Of a stretch of 64,000 nt of DNA, positions 44,750 through 56,290 are shown one piece after another. This DNA comes from Octopus vulgaris. Lineage: Eukaryota. Every line of letters begins with the position of its first letter. Within the stretch, counting starts at the first letter, position 1. The notes under the pieces are model-generated. The model was not told the origin of the DNA, ran no database searches, and saw only the letters and a program-made list of their open reading frames with translations. A program made the translations under genes and the position numbers. The stretch lies in assembly GCA_951406725.2 (NCBI GenBank), contig OX597817.1, positions 135,842,001 to 135,906,000 on the forward strand, read 5' to 3'.

Positions 44750-46110
44750 ATAGAGCAAACTTACTCAGATGACATAGGCACAATGAATTAGGCGGGGAGA
44801 ATGTGTTAAAAGTCCGACAGCTGTTTCTGAGTGCTTGGAATTGCTTGGCAGATGTAGTTGATCAAAAATTTACATCCGGTAATAGAAGCAAACAAACATT
44901 GGTAAACTCCAGAGCCTCCTTCATCAGGGTGGATAAATAAGAGTCTAACGCTTCTGGTCATTGTGCACAGAAATTTTATAAATAGAATAGGTATTGTAGG
45001 AGGCAGTGAGGTAGTAATGGTAGGAGAAGGTAGGTGGTTGGATGGTCATAGTATGTGAACTGCTGGAGTAAGGGAAGGGAGGAGAAGTCAGAGACTGATA
45101 TTAATACGATGGAGGGGTAAATGAACAGGGTACTGAGAGAGTATTAGTAGTAGAAATGGAGGATTGGGAGATAAATGAAGCGAGTTGTATGTGGTATTTG
45201 AGGATGGTCAATTCTACTGGGTTAAAAATTTAGGATAGTAGTCTATATAATTAAGAGAAGTTAAGATAGTGAGAGAAGAGGGGAGCGAATGCTAGGTAAG
45301 AGTGTCAATAGAAATTCAAATTTGGTGGCGAAGGGGTAATTTCAGGAATAAGTATGGGTCTACGGTGAAGAGTGAGTAGTTTTGGTTGAAGGAGCAAGGA
45401 GATGAGGGAATAGAATTCAAGGAATGAGGATAGGTGAAACTGTAAGGGGAGGGTGTGCAAAGGTAATTTTAAGAAGGAATATTTAGTAGAAGGTTTATGT
45501 TACAAATGGGATCAAATTGTAGCTTAATGTTAATTGTAGTTAAGGTTAATCGTAATTAAGGAGTCACAAAGATGTCGAGAAATCGTTAAATCATGCGTTG
45601 TACCTGTGCTTACACAAAATAATTACATCTGAGAATCTATTAAGTAATGAGGAGTGGTGGTTGCGAAGGGTGGTGAGCAATTCCTTTAAACACTTCACGA
45701 ACGCCAATGTAAGTGGGGGGGTCACTGACGATGGACCATTTTAGGATTTGAGGTTGTTCATATAAGTTGCTAAAGAGGTGGATAATTTAGTAGATTGGAG
45801 AAAGAGTTCATATGTGCCGCCGATATAAATCATTGCTTGGTGGGAGCATGGTGTATTTACTCGGCATTTATAGACTGCCTTTTTGCGTAGACAGAAACCT
45901 CCAAGGGGGCAAATTTGGGACACTCGGCTGTTGCAGGGTTTTCTCCTGTTCTGGGGGTGGAGTTGATCATTGGGCAGGTCGGGTTTGTATGCTTAATTAG
46001 CTGGAGAGAAGAGCATGAGGCATTATCGATGCCAGTGTTAGATTAGGAGGGTGTATGGCCACTGGTGTGTATGGTCGCACGGATATTATTATGGGGAGTT
46101 GCACAATGGT
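44750..46110 (-). mobile_element. Decayed Penelope-like element (GIY-YIG remnant, 3' region and hammerhead)
   Basis: ORF 45741-45923(-) CPLGGFCLRKKAVYKCRV..IYIGGT. The 3' end abuts (TA)n(TG)n. Boundaries are approximate. Confidence 0.65.
44813..44933 (-). ncRNA. Type I hammerhead ribozyme motif, canonical core, long stem II
   Basis: Minus strand: tcc acc CTGATGA a ggaggctctggagtt..aattccaagcactc a GAAA CAGCTG TC gga. Palindromic stem III and GUC site; stem I is short. Confidence 0.6.
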
Positions 46111-46980
46111 GCTTCTTTACTGATCGTCTGCTTCATTATGGTTAAACAAGTTCATCTGGATAAATATGTAAGCTTCTTGAAGAAATGGCAGAAAGACATA
46201 CTCTGAGTGGCAGCACCGTCCCTGAGTTTGTACAGAAGAATCGAAAGTCTGTCATGTTTCAATCAGATTTGAAAGACGATATTTGAAATGTTGAATTCTA
46301 ATAAAAATAAGGTTGTTCTGGTAATGTCGTACTTCTGGTTTATCTTGTTTGTAGGAACAGATTCTTCAGAATCTGAATGCCGCTGTTGATGAGTACTTTA
46401 TCATTAACTGTGATTCGAACTCGCTTGTCTACCTTTGGAGTATGCTAGGTCTATCGTTCTCAGAGATTTGAATCTCACATAATTCTTACTTCTTTATCAA
46501 AGCAAAAATAACAACACAAAGCAACAAGAAAGTAAGAATATCTCTTTGCTTCGCTCCATTCTGCATATCTGTGTGTATGTATCTATGTATGTATATCTAC
46601 ATGTATATGACTGTGTATATATGTAGATGGACATGTATGTAAGCACATGTGTGTATATGTTTGCGCCAATGTTGGTCATTGCTATATGTCAACCTGTGTT
46701 CGTGTATGTATATATGGATGGATAGATGAATGTATATCTACGTATATATATATATATGTATTTGTATGTGCGTATTTATGCACATACATATTTGTATTGA
46801 TATAAGCACACGTAGATACAGAAATCGTATCCAAGATGCTTTTATTCTGTGAGGACATGCGTATATTTGTAAGCTGGAACGATTAATGCCGTGTTGGACA
46901 TGTCTGTGTGTGTGTGTGTGTGTGTAATATATACATATATATATATACATTCACACATACATAATATATATATATGTGTG

Positions 46981-47013
<33 letters not shown>

Positions 47014-47432
47014 ATATATACATATATGCGCATCTGTCTGACTATTTGGAGAGAATATGTCCATATCTATGTGTATGTATGTGTGTAAGTATGCCAATGT
47101 GTCTCACATCATTTGGTTTTAGATATAAATTTGTATTGGTGAGAAAGTAAGAATATGTGCGGTTATTATTTTATAGTATTTCTGGTGTGTGTGAGGTGTG
47201 TGTGAGTGTGTAGGTGAGTGTATAACAAACATATTATTGTGTTTCCTTCTATGTTCGGCCTTTCTGTATGACGTATGTTTATTGTGTAGATATGTATGTT
47301 AAATAATGCGTGTAGATATGTGCTAGTAAATACGCCAGTGTTAATAACATCCCGGCGTGTGCATGCGTGTTTATGGGAGTTTGAGAATATGTGTATGAAG
47401 GTGATTGATGACTAACAGAAGTTGGCGGCGAT

Positions 47433-47496
<64 letters not shown>

Positions 47497-47521
47497 CAGA
47501 GAGACAGAGAGACAGAGAGAG

Positions 47522-47553
<32 letters not shown>

Positions 47554-48388
47554 AGAAGCAACTGTAGTGGCTTGGAGGTGATGGCGGATATGGTGTTAAA
47601 TAGTTATCACTTAACGCCATTGATTGTGAAACACAGAATATTTGGACATCTTCCAGAGTAGCCTGGCATTGTGCACGAGGCGAACAAGACTCCAGGACTA
47701 AGCAGAGATAGCTCCCAACACAACCTTTCTCTTGTAGACAAATACTGTAGTTGAACGTCTTTTGGAAGAGACATTTAAAACTGTACATTTAATATACACG
47801 GACACCGACGAAATCTCTTCGTCACGTGTGGACGATTGCCAATAATTCGATACGAAACTACCATCTCAAAATTTTCGCCAACTTTACTTTAGCTCTGTCT
47901 CGTCTCGCTCATCTAACCACAATTTCCCTTCCCTTAACATCACTGCTTACCGACATATCGCTCTCATCACTGCCTAACTTCTTCATATTCCAGCACTTTC
48001 TGCTTCTTCGATCAGAGCAACACGTCTCTATTTCTGTAGTTCTCTTACCTACCTGCAAGCCCTCTTTAATCTACCACCTACCCCACCTCTCTCTCTCTCA
48101 CTATATGAATATATATATGTGAGCGTATGTGTTTGTATGCGCGCGCACACACACACATATGGGCTAAAATAAGTAACTCAACTGAGCATAAATTTAGATA
48201 TTTAGATGTTGATGGTGATATATTTAATGATGTATACAAAACAATTGTTAATCAGTTGAAATCATATATATGCACGTACATATGTGTGCGTGTTTATAAG
48301 TGTATTACATACATACATACATGCATACATACATACATACATACATACATACATACATACATACATACATACATACACACACACATAC

Positions 48389-48458
<70 letters not shown>

Positions 48459-48532
48459 TAGCAATGCACCCCGGCGTTGCCTGGTCGTTATAACCTACTG
48501 CCACATTGTATTATTTGTTCCTTTCTGAAAGA

Positions 48533-48735
48533 CGGCGCGCTGGCAGAATTTTTAGTACAGTGGACGAAATGCATAGCGGTATTTCGTCCGTCGCTATGTT
48601 CAAAGTTCAAATTCCGCCGAGGTCGACTTTGCCTTTCATTCTATCGTCGATAAATTAAATACCAGTGAAACACTGGAGTCGATGTAATCGACTTGTTCCC
48701 TCCCCCACATTTCAGGCTTTATGCCCACAGTAAAA
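48533..48735 (+). mobile_element. SINE family B
   Basis: Contains the family B core. Confidence 0.75.
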
Positions 48736-49456
48736 AGGATTATTTGTTCCCTTATGAGCAGAATTGGAACGCGAGGAGTATGAAGCAAACAATTCTTCGT
48801 TATAAACATGTTTTTCGGTTATTTTCTAATGGACGACACTGCAGTTTCCGTCTGACAAATTCAGACACAAGTCTGTGGTTGGCCAAGAGCTATAGTAGAA
48901 AACACTTGCCCAAGGTACCACGCAGAGGGACTGAACGTGGAACCATGTGGTTGGGAAGAAAACCTCTCAACCACACAGTCATTCTTGCACCTAATATGTC
49001 TGTGTGTTTACATTTGTTGTTAAATCCAGTATTGTGTCCCACTATATCTCATAGTTAGCAGTTCATCAAGCAGAGATCTATAAAATAAACGCCAGACTGA
49101 AATATGTACTGAGGTCAGTACGATCAATTAAATTTTTGAAGGTGATGCCCCATCATGGCGACAATCGAAAGACTAAACCCAGTAAAATAATGTTTAAAGA
49201 CTTAATGGCTGCAAATTTAAGGTAATGGATTACTAACCACAAGATAATGAGTTGAAAACTTCGTATTGAATTTCCATTCTATACGATAACAGTATATGTA
49301 CATCTCAGGCTACTTGACTTCCAACAATTAACATTTGTAATTTGAAGTTGAATGGTTAGCGGTAAGAAAGATGTCTAGATTTAAAAAAAAAATTATTGTG
49401 CAAAATATTTTGAAAAAAGGTTTTTTTCACCACAACGAAACACACACACACATACA

Positions 49457-49827
49457 CAATGCTTAGCGGTATTTCGTCTGCTATTACGTTCTGAGTTCAA
49501 ATTCCGCCGAGGTCGACTTTGTCTCTCATCCCTTCGGCGTCGATTACGCATACCAGTTACGCATTTGGGTCGATGTAATCGACTCAATCCCTTTGTCTGT
49601 CCTTGTTTGTCCCCTCTGTGTTTAGCCCCTTGTGGGTAATAAAGAAATAGGTATTTCGTCTGCCATTACGTTCTGAGTTCAAATTCCGCCGAGGTTGACT
49701 TTGCCTCTCATCCCTTCGGAGTCGATTAAATAAGTAGCAGTTACGCATTTGGGTCGATGTAATCGACTCAATCCGTTTGTCTGTCCTTGTTTGTCCCCCC
49801 TGTGTTTAGCCCCTGTGGGCAATAAAG

Positions 49828-49830
<3 letters not shown>
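49457..49830 (+). mobile_element. SINE family B, tandem dimer
   Basis: Two units of about 180 bp joined at aaagaaatag|gtatttcgtc. Confidence 0.8.
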
Positions 49831-49880
<50 letters not shown>

Positions 49881-49881
<1 letters not shown>

Positions 49882-50535
49882 CAAATAAGTAACAAGGATT
49901 TCCAGGTATCAGTGCATTAGGTCGTTTCAAGCGGCTCCATTTAATTGATCAATGAAAACATTTACGCCAGACTCTTGGTCTCAGTAAAATTAAGGGGTCC
50001 GCGGAGGAGGGCGGGTATCTGACATTTAATTAATTCATCACCACCAGCAGGAACTTAACTGTCAACTCTCAATGGGCTTAATTCTTCAGAATTGGAGACA
50101 ATTTGTTGCAAACAACCTCAGAAATCTAATAATGATGAATTATCTCTCATTTTCTCATTCTTAACTCCCACTATCCCCTTGTGCTACTTTCAATCATAAT
50201 AGGCTGTAGGTATGCATTATTTACTAAATTTCATTGTGCCACGGAAATACTAAAGAGTAACAGTGTAATTATTTTGGTTGCACTATAACGATGGTTTATT
50301 CTTTGTGTTGGAAATCTATATAGTTGGCTGCGTCCGAGGAGAGCGGCCTATTTCAAGCTGATGTAATGTTTTCATTGATCCATTAAATGGAGTCTCTTGA
50401 AACGGCCGTTTCCACTGATACCTGGAAATCCGTTTTACTTATTTGATTTTTATTCACCTAACTTTGAGCTGTGTGGACTTTACCGAACGGCTTGGTGCCT
50501 AATTCAACTGAATCGCAATTTCTTAACTCGTCAAA

Positions 50536-50538
<3 letters not shown>
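49881..50538. mobile_element. (TA)n-flanked element with inverted repeats of about 80 bp (49881-49961 and 50365-50445), PLE pseudo-LTR-like
   Basis: The reverse complement of the left arm matches aatgttttcattgatccattaaatggag..cttgaaacggccg..cactgatacctggaaatcc..ttacttatttg. Confidence 0.7.
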
Positions 50539-50617
<79 letters not shown>

Positions 50618-50787
50618 AAATAGAAAAACAGTCTACAGACGGAAAACTTGGAAATGAACACATAAACTCTGAAATTAAGAAATATATATATATATATATA
50701 TATATTTTAAAGGAAATAGAAAAACAGTCTACAGACGGAAAACTTGGAAATGAACACATAAACTCTGAAATTAAGAATTTAGCTGAA

Positions 50788-51891
50788 ATGATACCAACAA
50801 TTATAAAATCTACAAGAGAAAGCCTACCACAACCTCCTTGGATGTCAGAAATAAACGAAAGAAATCTGGAAAAAGAGGCACACCGAAAAAGAGAAGAGAT
50901 ACAGAAGACATGGAAAAAACTCCTTAACATAAGAAAACAAAACTTCTGGAAGGCATATAAATGCGAAAAATATGCTGAAATACATTCGAAATGGATATCT
51001 TTAGCGGCACCCATACTTCCTCGGAAGTACCTAATTAAAGAAATTGCAGGAGAACCAGAGGAAGAAACTAAACTTCGATGGGACCTTAGTTTGATAAAAT
51101 TCAGGACCGACATCTCCATTACCTTGTCTAAACAATCCCGCTACAAAGCCAAATACGAAGCTATCGATGATCAAATCAGAGATGAAATATCCAAACTAAC
51201 GACCGGCAATATAGCAGAAAAAATGCGAGAACTATGGATCAGAGATATCTCAAAAGAAGAAAGCAGATCAAGAAAGTTTTGGCAGCGGAAACAATTATTT
51301 CTCGACAAATATGCTACAAATTACGGTAAAGACACCAGAACTCCGAGAAATAGCATTAAAAGTGGACAACCTCACCAACGCAACATACACCAGAACACGT
51401 GGCAACATGAACACCCGTTTCACCACGAATCGAAGACGAACTACGGTAAGAACTCTTCCCATTTTGTATGCAAACACCCTAATGCACACAACATGAACAA
51501 AAAGCACAAACAAAATAGATATTGCTTTGAACAGACCATTAGCAGTAGAAATAACAGGAGATCATTTTCAAGACCTCAACAGAGATTACCCACAAGAAAC
51601 TGGACAAAAAACCGATCTAGATCTAGAAGTAAACCCAGATCATTTCTCCAGGTGGTTAAAAACAATGCTAACAAGAAATTGAAAAGTAGCATACATAATA
51701 CCAAAAACAAGACAGAAAACATAACGAAACCAAGTAAAGTACCACAACCAAAACGCAAAATTCATCAAGCAAACATCAACAGGAATATAAATCATAACCA
51801 GAAAAAAATCCATTTTTTTACGTCAGGACAACAAACACCGGAGAAAGAAAAAATCCAAGAGGAAACATACCCCAAACAACTGAACGTATAG
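50788..51891 (+). CDS. PLE ORF1 / N-terminal region (charged helical N-half, basic RS-rich C-half); frame is open upstream to the 5' truncation at about 50704
   Basis: 367-aa uninterrupted non-microsatellite ORF immediately upstream of, and overlapping, the RT frame. Confidence 0.75.
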   Translation: MIPTIIKSTRESLPQPPWMSEINERNLEKEAHRKREEIQKTWKKLLNIRKQNFWKAYKCEKYAEIHSKWISLAAPILPRKYLIKEIAGEPEEETKLRWDLSLIKFRTDISITLSKQSRYKAKYEAIDDQIRDEISKLTTGNIAEKMRELWIRDISKEESRSRKFWQRKQLFLDKYATNYGKDTRTPRNSIKSGQPHQRNIHQNTWQHEHPFHHESKTNYGKNSSHFVCKHPNAHNMNKKHKQNRYCFEQTISSRNNRRSFSRPQQRLPTRNWTKNRSRSRSKPRSFLQVVKNNANKKLKSSIHNTKNKTENITKPSKVPQPKRKIHQANINRNINHNQKKIHFFTSGQQTPEKEKIQEETYPKQLNV

Positions 51892-54125
51892 ATCCTAAAA
51901 TAATTAATTTATCAAAAAGAGATCTTGACAATGATGAAATCCAACTTCTGTCAAAAGGACTGAAATTCACACCTACACCAACAGCCAACCACCAAGAATT
52001 AAAGGAGGATATCCAAAAATTCTGTCGAAAATTACGACTTGTAGAATTCTTCGCTAACAAAAGCAATGAGATTGATGAATCCCTAGTAAGGAATAAATCA
52101 AATTTCACCCCACCAAAAGGAAGAAATAACTACCTTGACCAATACATTGATATCCTGTCTAAATTTCCCCTTAGACGCAATACCAATGTTAGGCCAAACA
52201 TTAGCAAATCAGAGATGTCTGCATGTAAACGTATACAAAACGATCAAACAATAATAATTAAACAAGCAGATAAAGGTGGTGCAATTGTTATTATGGATAC
52301 CGAATACTATAAGGATTTGGTTGAAGACCAACTGAAGGATACAACCTTCTATTGTGAAATACCCGCAAATATAGACCACCACATCATGAAAAAGATCAAC
52401 AACCTGATTTCAACACACCACAACTCACTTACGGATAATGAAAAAGACTACATCACCAATTTTGAACCAAAACCCAGCAACTTCTACGGCTTACCAAAAA
52501 TACACAAATCAAAAAACATTCAACAGGCAGTAAAAGAACAAGAAAGTGAGTACATAAAATTATTACATCCAAAAGACCTAAAACTTAGACCTATTATAGC
52601 TGGTCCAGCATGCCCTACACACCGTCTAAGCAATTTTATTGACATTGTTTTGAAACCACTATGTACTTACATACCAAGTTTCATCAGGGATGACATCGAC
52701 TTCCTGTCCCATCTTCCCAAAACAACAGAAACAAATTCAGTTTTGCTAAGTTTTGATGTGGTAAGCCTCTACACCAATATTCCACACGATTTAGGAATAA
52801 AGGCGATTAAATACTGGTTAGAAAAACATAGAGAAGTGATTCCCAGCAGATTCACAGTGCCATTTATATTAGACACAGTCAAACTTATTCTAGAAAATAA
52901 CACATTCTTCTTCAATGGAAAGAATTACATCCAAATTAGAGGCACGGCGATGGGAACGAGGTTTGCTCCCGTTTACGCCAACTCTGTAATGGGATACTTA
53001 GAAGAACAACTCTACCAAGAGGTGGAGGTAAACTATGGCACTGGATTTAGAAAGTATATTGAAAAGGCATGGAAGAGATACCTAGACGACTGTTTCATAA
53101 TCTGGACAGAATCTCTAAATACTCTTGAAGAGTTCAATATCCTCCTGAACAACCTACACCCATCTCTCAAATTTACAAAGGAGATGAGTAGTACCAAATT
53201 ACCATTCCTGGATATAATGGTAATTAAAAAAGACACCACCATCACCACAGATATATACTATAAACACACAGACACACATCAATACCTAAATTTTAAGTCG
53301 TGCCATCCACCACATACAAAACGTAACATCCCATACTGCCTAGCCAGAAGAATTTGTACTATTGTAGAAGATGCAAATATCAGGAACAAACGCCTAATAG
53401 AACTAAGAGAATTTTTGCTCAAACAAAAATACCCATCTCTACTTATAGAAAATGGCATACAGCGGGCTATAAAAATACCTATACAACAACTTAGGACAAC
53501 CCAAGGAAGAGGAAAACAAGAACAAGTCATACCATTCATAGTGACACACAACCCATGTCACCAGAATATCTTCAACATTGCCAAAGCAAACCTACCAATC
53601 ATTGCCCAAAGTAATGAATTAAAAGACATAATCAAGGATCGAGCTATGGTGCTTAGTAAAAGACAGCCTAAAAACTTGAAAACATTACTAACAAAGGCAA
53701 AATTTGACCTCAGCAACAAAGACCAAACATTCACGGTATCTAAATGCAATGATAGCCGATGTGGCACATGCCAATTCATACATACCGGTCAATATATAAA
53801 CACAAAAACCGGGAAAATATTCACAAACGCGAATATGAACTGCAAAAGCAGAAATTTAATTTACTGCATCAAATGCCCAAATTGTGAAGAAATATATGTA
53901 GGTCAGACGGGAAACGCACTATTAGAACGCTCACGTGTACACCGGCAACAGATTAGAGACCCAGAGGTCCGTCAGATACCTTTGAGTAACCACCTAGCAA
54001 CATGTGGTCGGAAAATATATATAATATTTCCATTCTACAAATTACACAGCCCAAGTGAAATCGAGAGGAAAATCAGAGAAAAGAATTTTATTGATAAATT
54101 CGAACCCAAGCTAAATAAGCAATAA
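51798..54125 (+). CDS. PLE reverse transcriptase plus GIY-YIG endonuclease (first ATG at 52215; frame open from 51798)
   Basis: IINLS..LLSKGLKFTP, IKQADKGGAIVI, FYGLPKIHK, LRPII, SFDVVSLYTNIP, GTAMGTRFAP, RYLDD, LPFLD, NLIYCIKC..IYVGQTG..ER..HR. No stop codons. Confidence 0.95.
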   Translation, partial: PEKNPFFYVRTTNTGERKNPRGNIPQTTERIDPKIINLSKRDLDNDEIQLLSKGLKFTPTPTANHQELKEDIQKFCRKLRLVEFFANKSNEIDESLVRNKSNFTPPKGRNNYLDQYIDILSKFPLRRNTNVRPNISKSEMSACKRIQNDQTIIIKQADKGGAIVIMDTEYYKDLVEDQLKDTTFYCEIPANIDHHIMKKINNLISTHHNSLTDNEKDYITNFEPKPSNFYGLPKIHKSKNIQQAVKEQESEYIKLLHPKDLKLRPIIAGPACPTHRLSNFIDIVLKPLCTYIPSFIRDDIDFLSHLPKTTETNSVLLSFDVVSLYTNIPHDLGIKAIKYWLEKHREVIPSRFTVPFILDTVKLILENNTFFFNGKNYIQIRGTAMGTRFAPVYANSVMGYLEEQLYQEVEVNYGTGFRKYIEKAWKRYLDDCFIIWTESLNTLEEFNILLNNLHPSLKFTKEMSSTKLPFLDIMVIKKDTTITTDIYYKHTDTHQYLNFKSCHPPHTKRNIPYCLARRICTIVEDANIRNKRLIELREFLLKQKYPSLLIENGIQRAIKIPIQQLRTTQGRGKQEQVIPFIVTHNPCHQNIFNIAKANLPIIAQSNELKDIIKDRAMVLSKRQPKNLKTLLTKAKFDLSNKDQTFTVSKCNDSRCGTCQFIHTGQYINTKTGKIFTNANMNCKSRNLIYCIKCPNCEEIYVGQTGNALLERSRVHRQQIRDPEVRQIPLSNHLATCGRKIYIIFPFYKLHSPSEIERKIREKNFIDKFEPKLNKQ

Positions 54126-54619
54126 TAATAATACTTAGAGGTATTACTTCCACTGCTACGACCATGACCACTAACAACAACAACAATACTAAAGGTGATC
54201 AAGACGAAGATAGCAGGAAAATTATCTTATTTAGGGTTAAAAGTTCTATTGCCACCACCATCACCACTAGCAACAATAATTAAGGTGCTGACAATGATGA
54301 TGATGACAATTGAAATATAAAAATATAAAAATCTCTGACAAAGGATATTTACAACATTTCTAAAAATAACCCAACAATTGCTGCTTCGGCCAGGGTCAAG
54401 ATACAGGACTCTTGACCTGTCCAACAAAGCGTGATGCCTAAACCAATCAGCTCAACCAACCAATCAGCTTAAGTAATTGAGTGATACTACACACTGATTG
54501 GTCAGAATACAGTTTGCAAAACCTAGCACTCTGGAGCCTACCCAGCTGTATTTATAGCACAGAATCACTCATCTTGCTACAGTCAAAAATTGTGAAGCAT
54601 GACTGTCAACACTACTACA

Positions 54620-54664
54620 TGAACCCGAAGATTGCAGAATTCAATGCATGAAAGTACTAGTTCA
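54620..54664 (+). ncRNA. Minimal type I hammerhead motif in the PLE 3' region (core CCGAAGA)
   Basis: tgaac CCGAAGA ttgca gaattcaa tgcat GAAA gtac TA gttca. Stem I tgaac/gttca, stem II tgca/tgca, palindromic stem III agtact. Confidence 0.75.
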
Positions 54665-54793
54665 ATCAGAATGAATATTTAACATTCTACTATTTCACTT
54701 TATTTTATTCAATTATAATATATTATCTTATAATATATCATTATAAGATTGTAAATAAAACGTGAAAATCAGACAAGGTTGGAATTCTTTTTA

Positions 54794-54851
<58 letters not shown>

Positions 54852-54865
54852 TGTATGTATGTATG

Positions 54866-54947
<82 letters not shown>

Positions 54948-54950
<3 letters not shown>

Positions 54951-55095
54951 AGAGTTTACGAAAAAAACAAAAGACGAACACAGGTGGTGTACAAAACAAA
55001 CAGATGTATTAGTATAACGCTCAGGAATAGAAAAAGTCTTTTACGTTTCGAGTCTACGCTCTTCTACAGAAATGGACACAGAAAAAACAAGGAGA
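54948..55095 (-). mobile_element. Family H1 hammerhead-bearing repeat, copy 3
   Basis: Near-identical to 641-789. HHR motif at 55038-55072(-). (TA)n flanks. Confidence 0.8.
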
Positions 55096-55269
55096 TAAAT
55101 ATATATATGCATACAAACACGTTCTCGCCTATAAACTCATCTATTAAACACTCTACCAAACTAAATTAAAGAAATATTTAAAAAAATCTTCGAAAGCAAA
55201 GAAAAAAGAAAAATATTATGAAAGAGGAAAATTGCTAAAAATTTCCCCGAATAGAAAAAAATACTTATA

Positions 55270-55658
55270 TCTTTCACTTATTTCAATCACTAGACTGCGG
55301 CTATACTGAGGCACCACCTTGATTAATCTTTGTTGAAAGAATCAACTGCGGTACTTTTTCCCTTCTAAGCTTGGTATTTATTCCACCGGTCTCTTTTGTC
55401 GAACCACTAAGCTACAGGGATGTAAACACACAAGCACTGGTTGTGAAGCGGTGGTAGTGGACTATCACAGACACAAAGACATACACGCACGCACACACAT
55501 ACACATAAGACGGGCTTCTTTCAGTTTCCGTCTACCAAATCCACTCACGAGGCTTTGCTTGGCCCGCGGCTATAGAAGGAGACACTTGCAAGATGCTACG
55601 CAGTGGGACTGAACCCGGAAGCATGTGGTTGGGAAGCAAGATTCTTACTACACAGCTA
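55270..55658 (-). mobile_element. SINE family C
   Basis: Homologous to 19880-20353. Confidence 0.75.
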
Positions 55659-56229
55659 CACACAAAAAGAAGTAATGTCGATAGTAATCGCCTTCTAACA
55701 GTTATGTGCGTCTGTGAGAAATAGCAATGTTCATATTGTTAATATTGTTGCCGGTTCATGTTGTTGGATTTTGAATCACATTATTGGTTTCTCATTACGT
55801 AATAAACACAAGATTTTACAAATATTTTACAAACCAACACATTTTTTGCTAAGGCCAACACAAAAGTCAGGTTGTTTCTTTGGTCAAGCTTCAGCAGCGA
55901 TAGTGGTGGTGGTGTGGTGTGGTGTGTATGTGTGTGTGTGTGTATGTGTGTGTGTGTGTATGTGTGTGTGTGTATGTGTGTGTGTGTGTATGTGTGTGTG
56001 TGTGGATTTAACCAGCCGGGATCCCCAATCTGTCAGTTAATGACCAGTCGGTACAGTATATACATGCATAAATGGTTAAATGATTAAATACAAAAAACAC
56101 ACACACATAAGTATATGTATATATATATATATATATACACGTAGATATATACATATATATATGTGTATATATATGTATATATATATGTATATATATATAC
56201 ATATGTATACATATATGTATATATATATT

Positions 56230-56282
<53 letters not shown>

Positions 56283-56290
<8 letters not shown>

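Larger units (their letters stand above)
50615..54796 (+). mobile_element. Penelope-like retroelement (Neptune-type), 5'-truncated, inserted in (TA)n
   Basis: RT plus C-terminal GIY-YIG with a Cys linker (CNDSRCGTC), a 3' hammerhead, and (TA)n on both flanks. Confidence 0.92.

Noticed and set aside
52215-54125. Possibility of a Naiad/Chlamys-type (N-terminal endonuclease, selenocysteine) PLE or of telomerase
   Set aside because: The GIY-YIG domain is C-terminal, there is no in-frame UGA, and there are no TERT-specific motifs.
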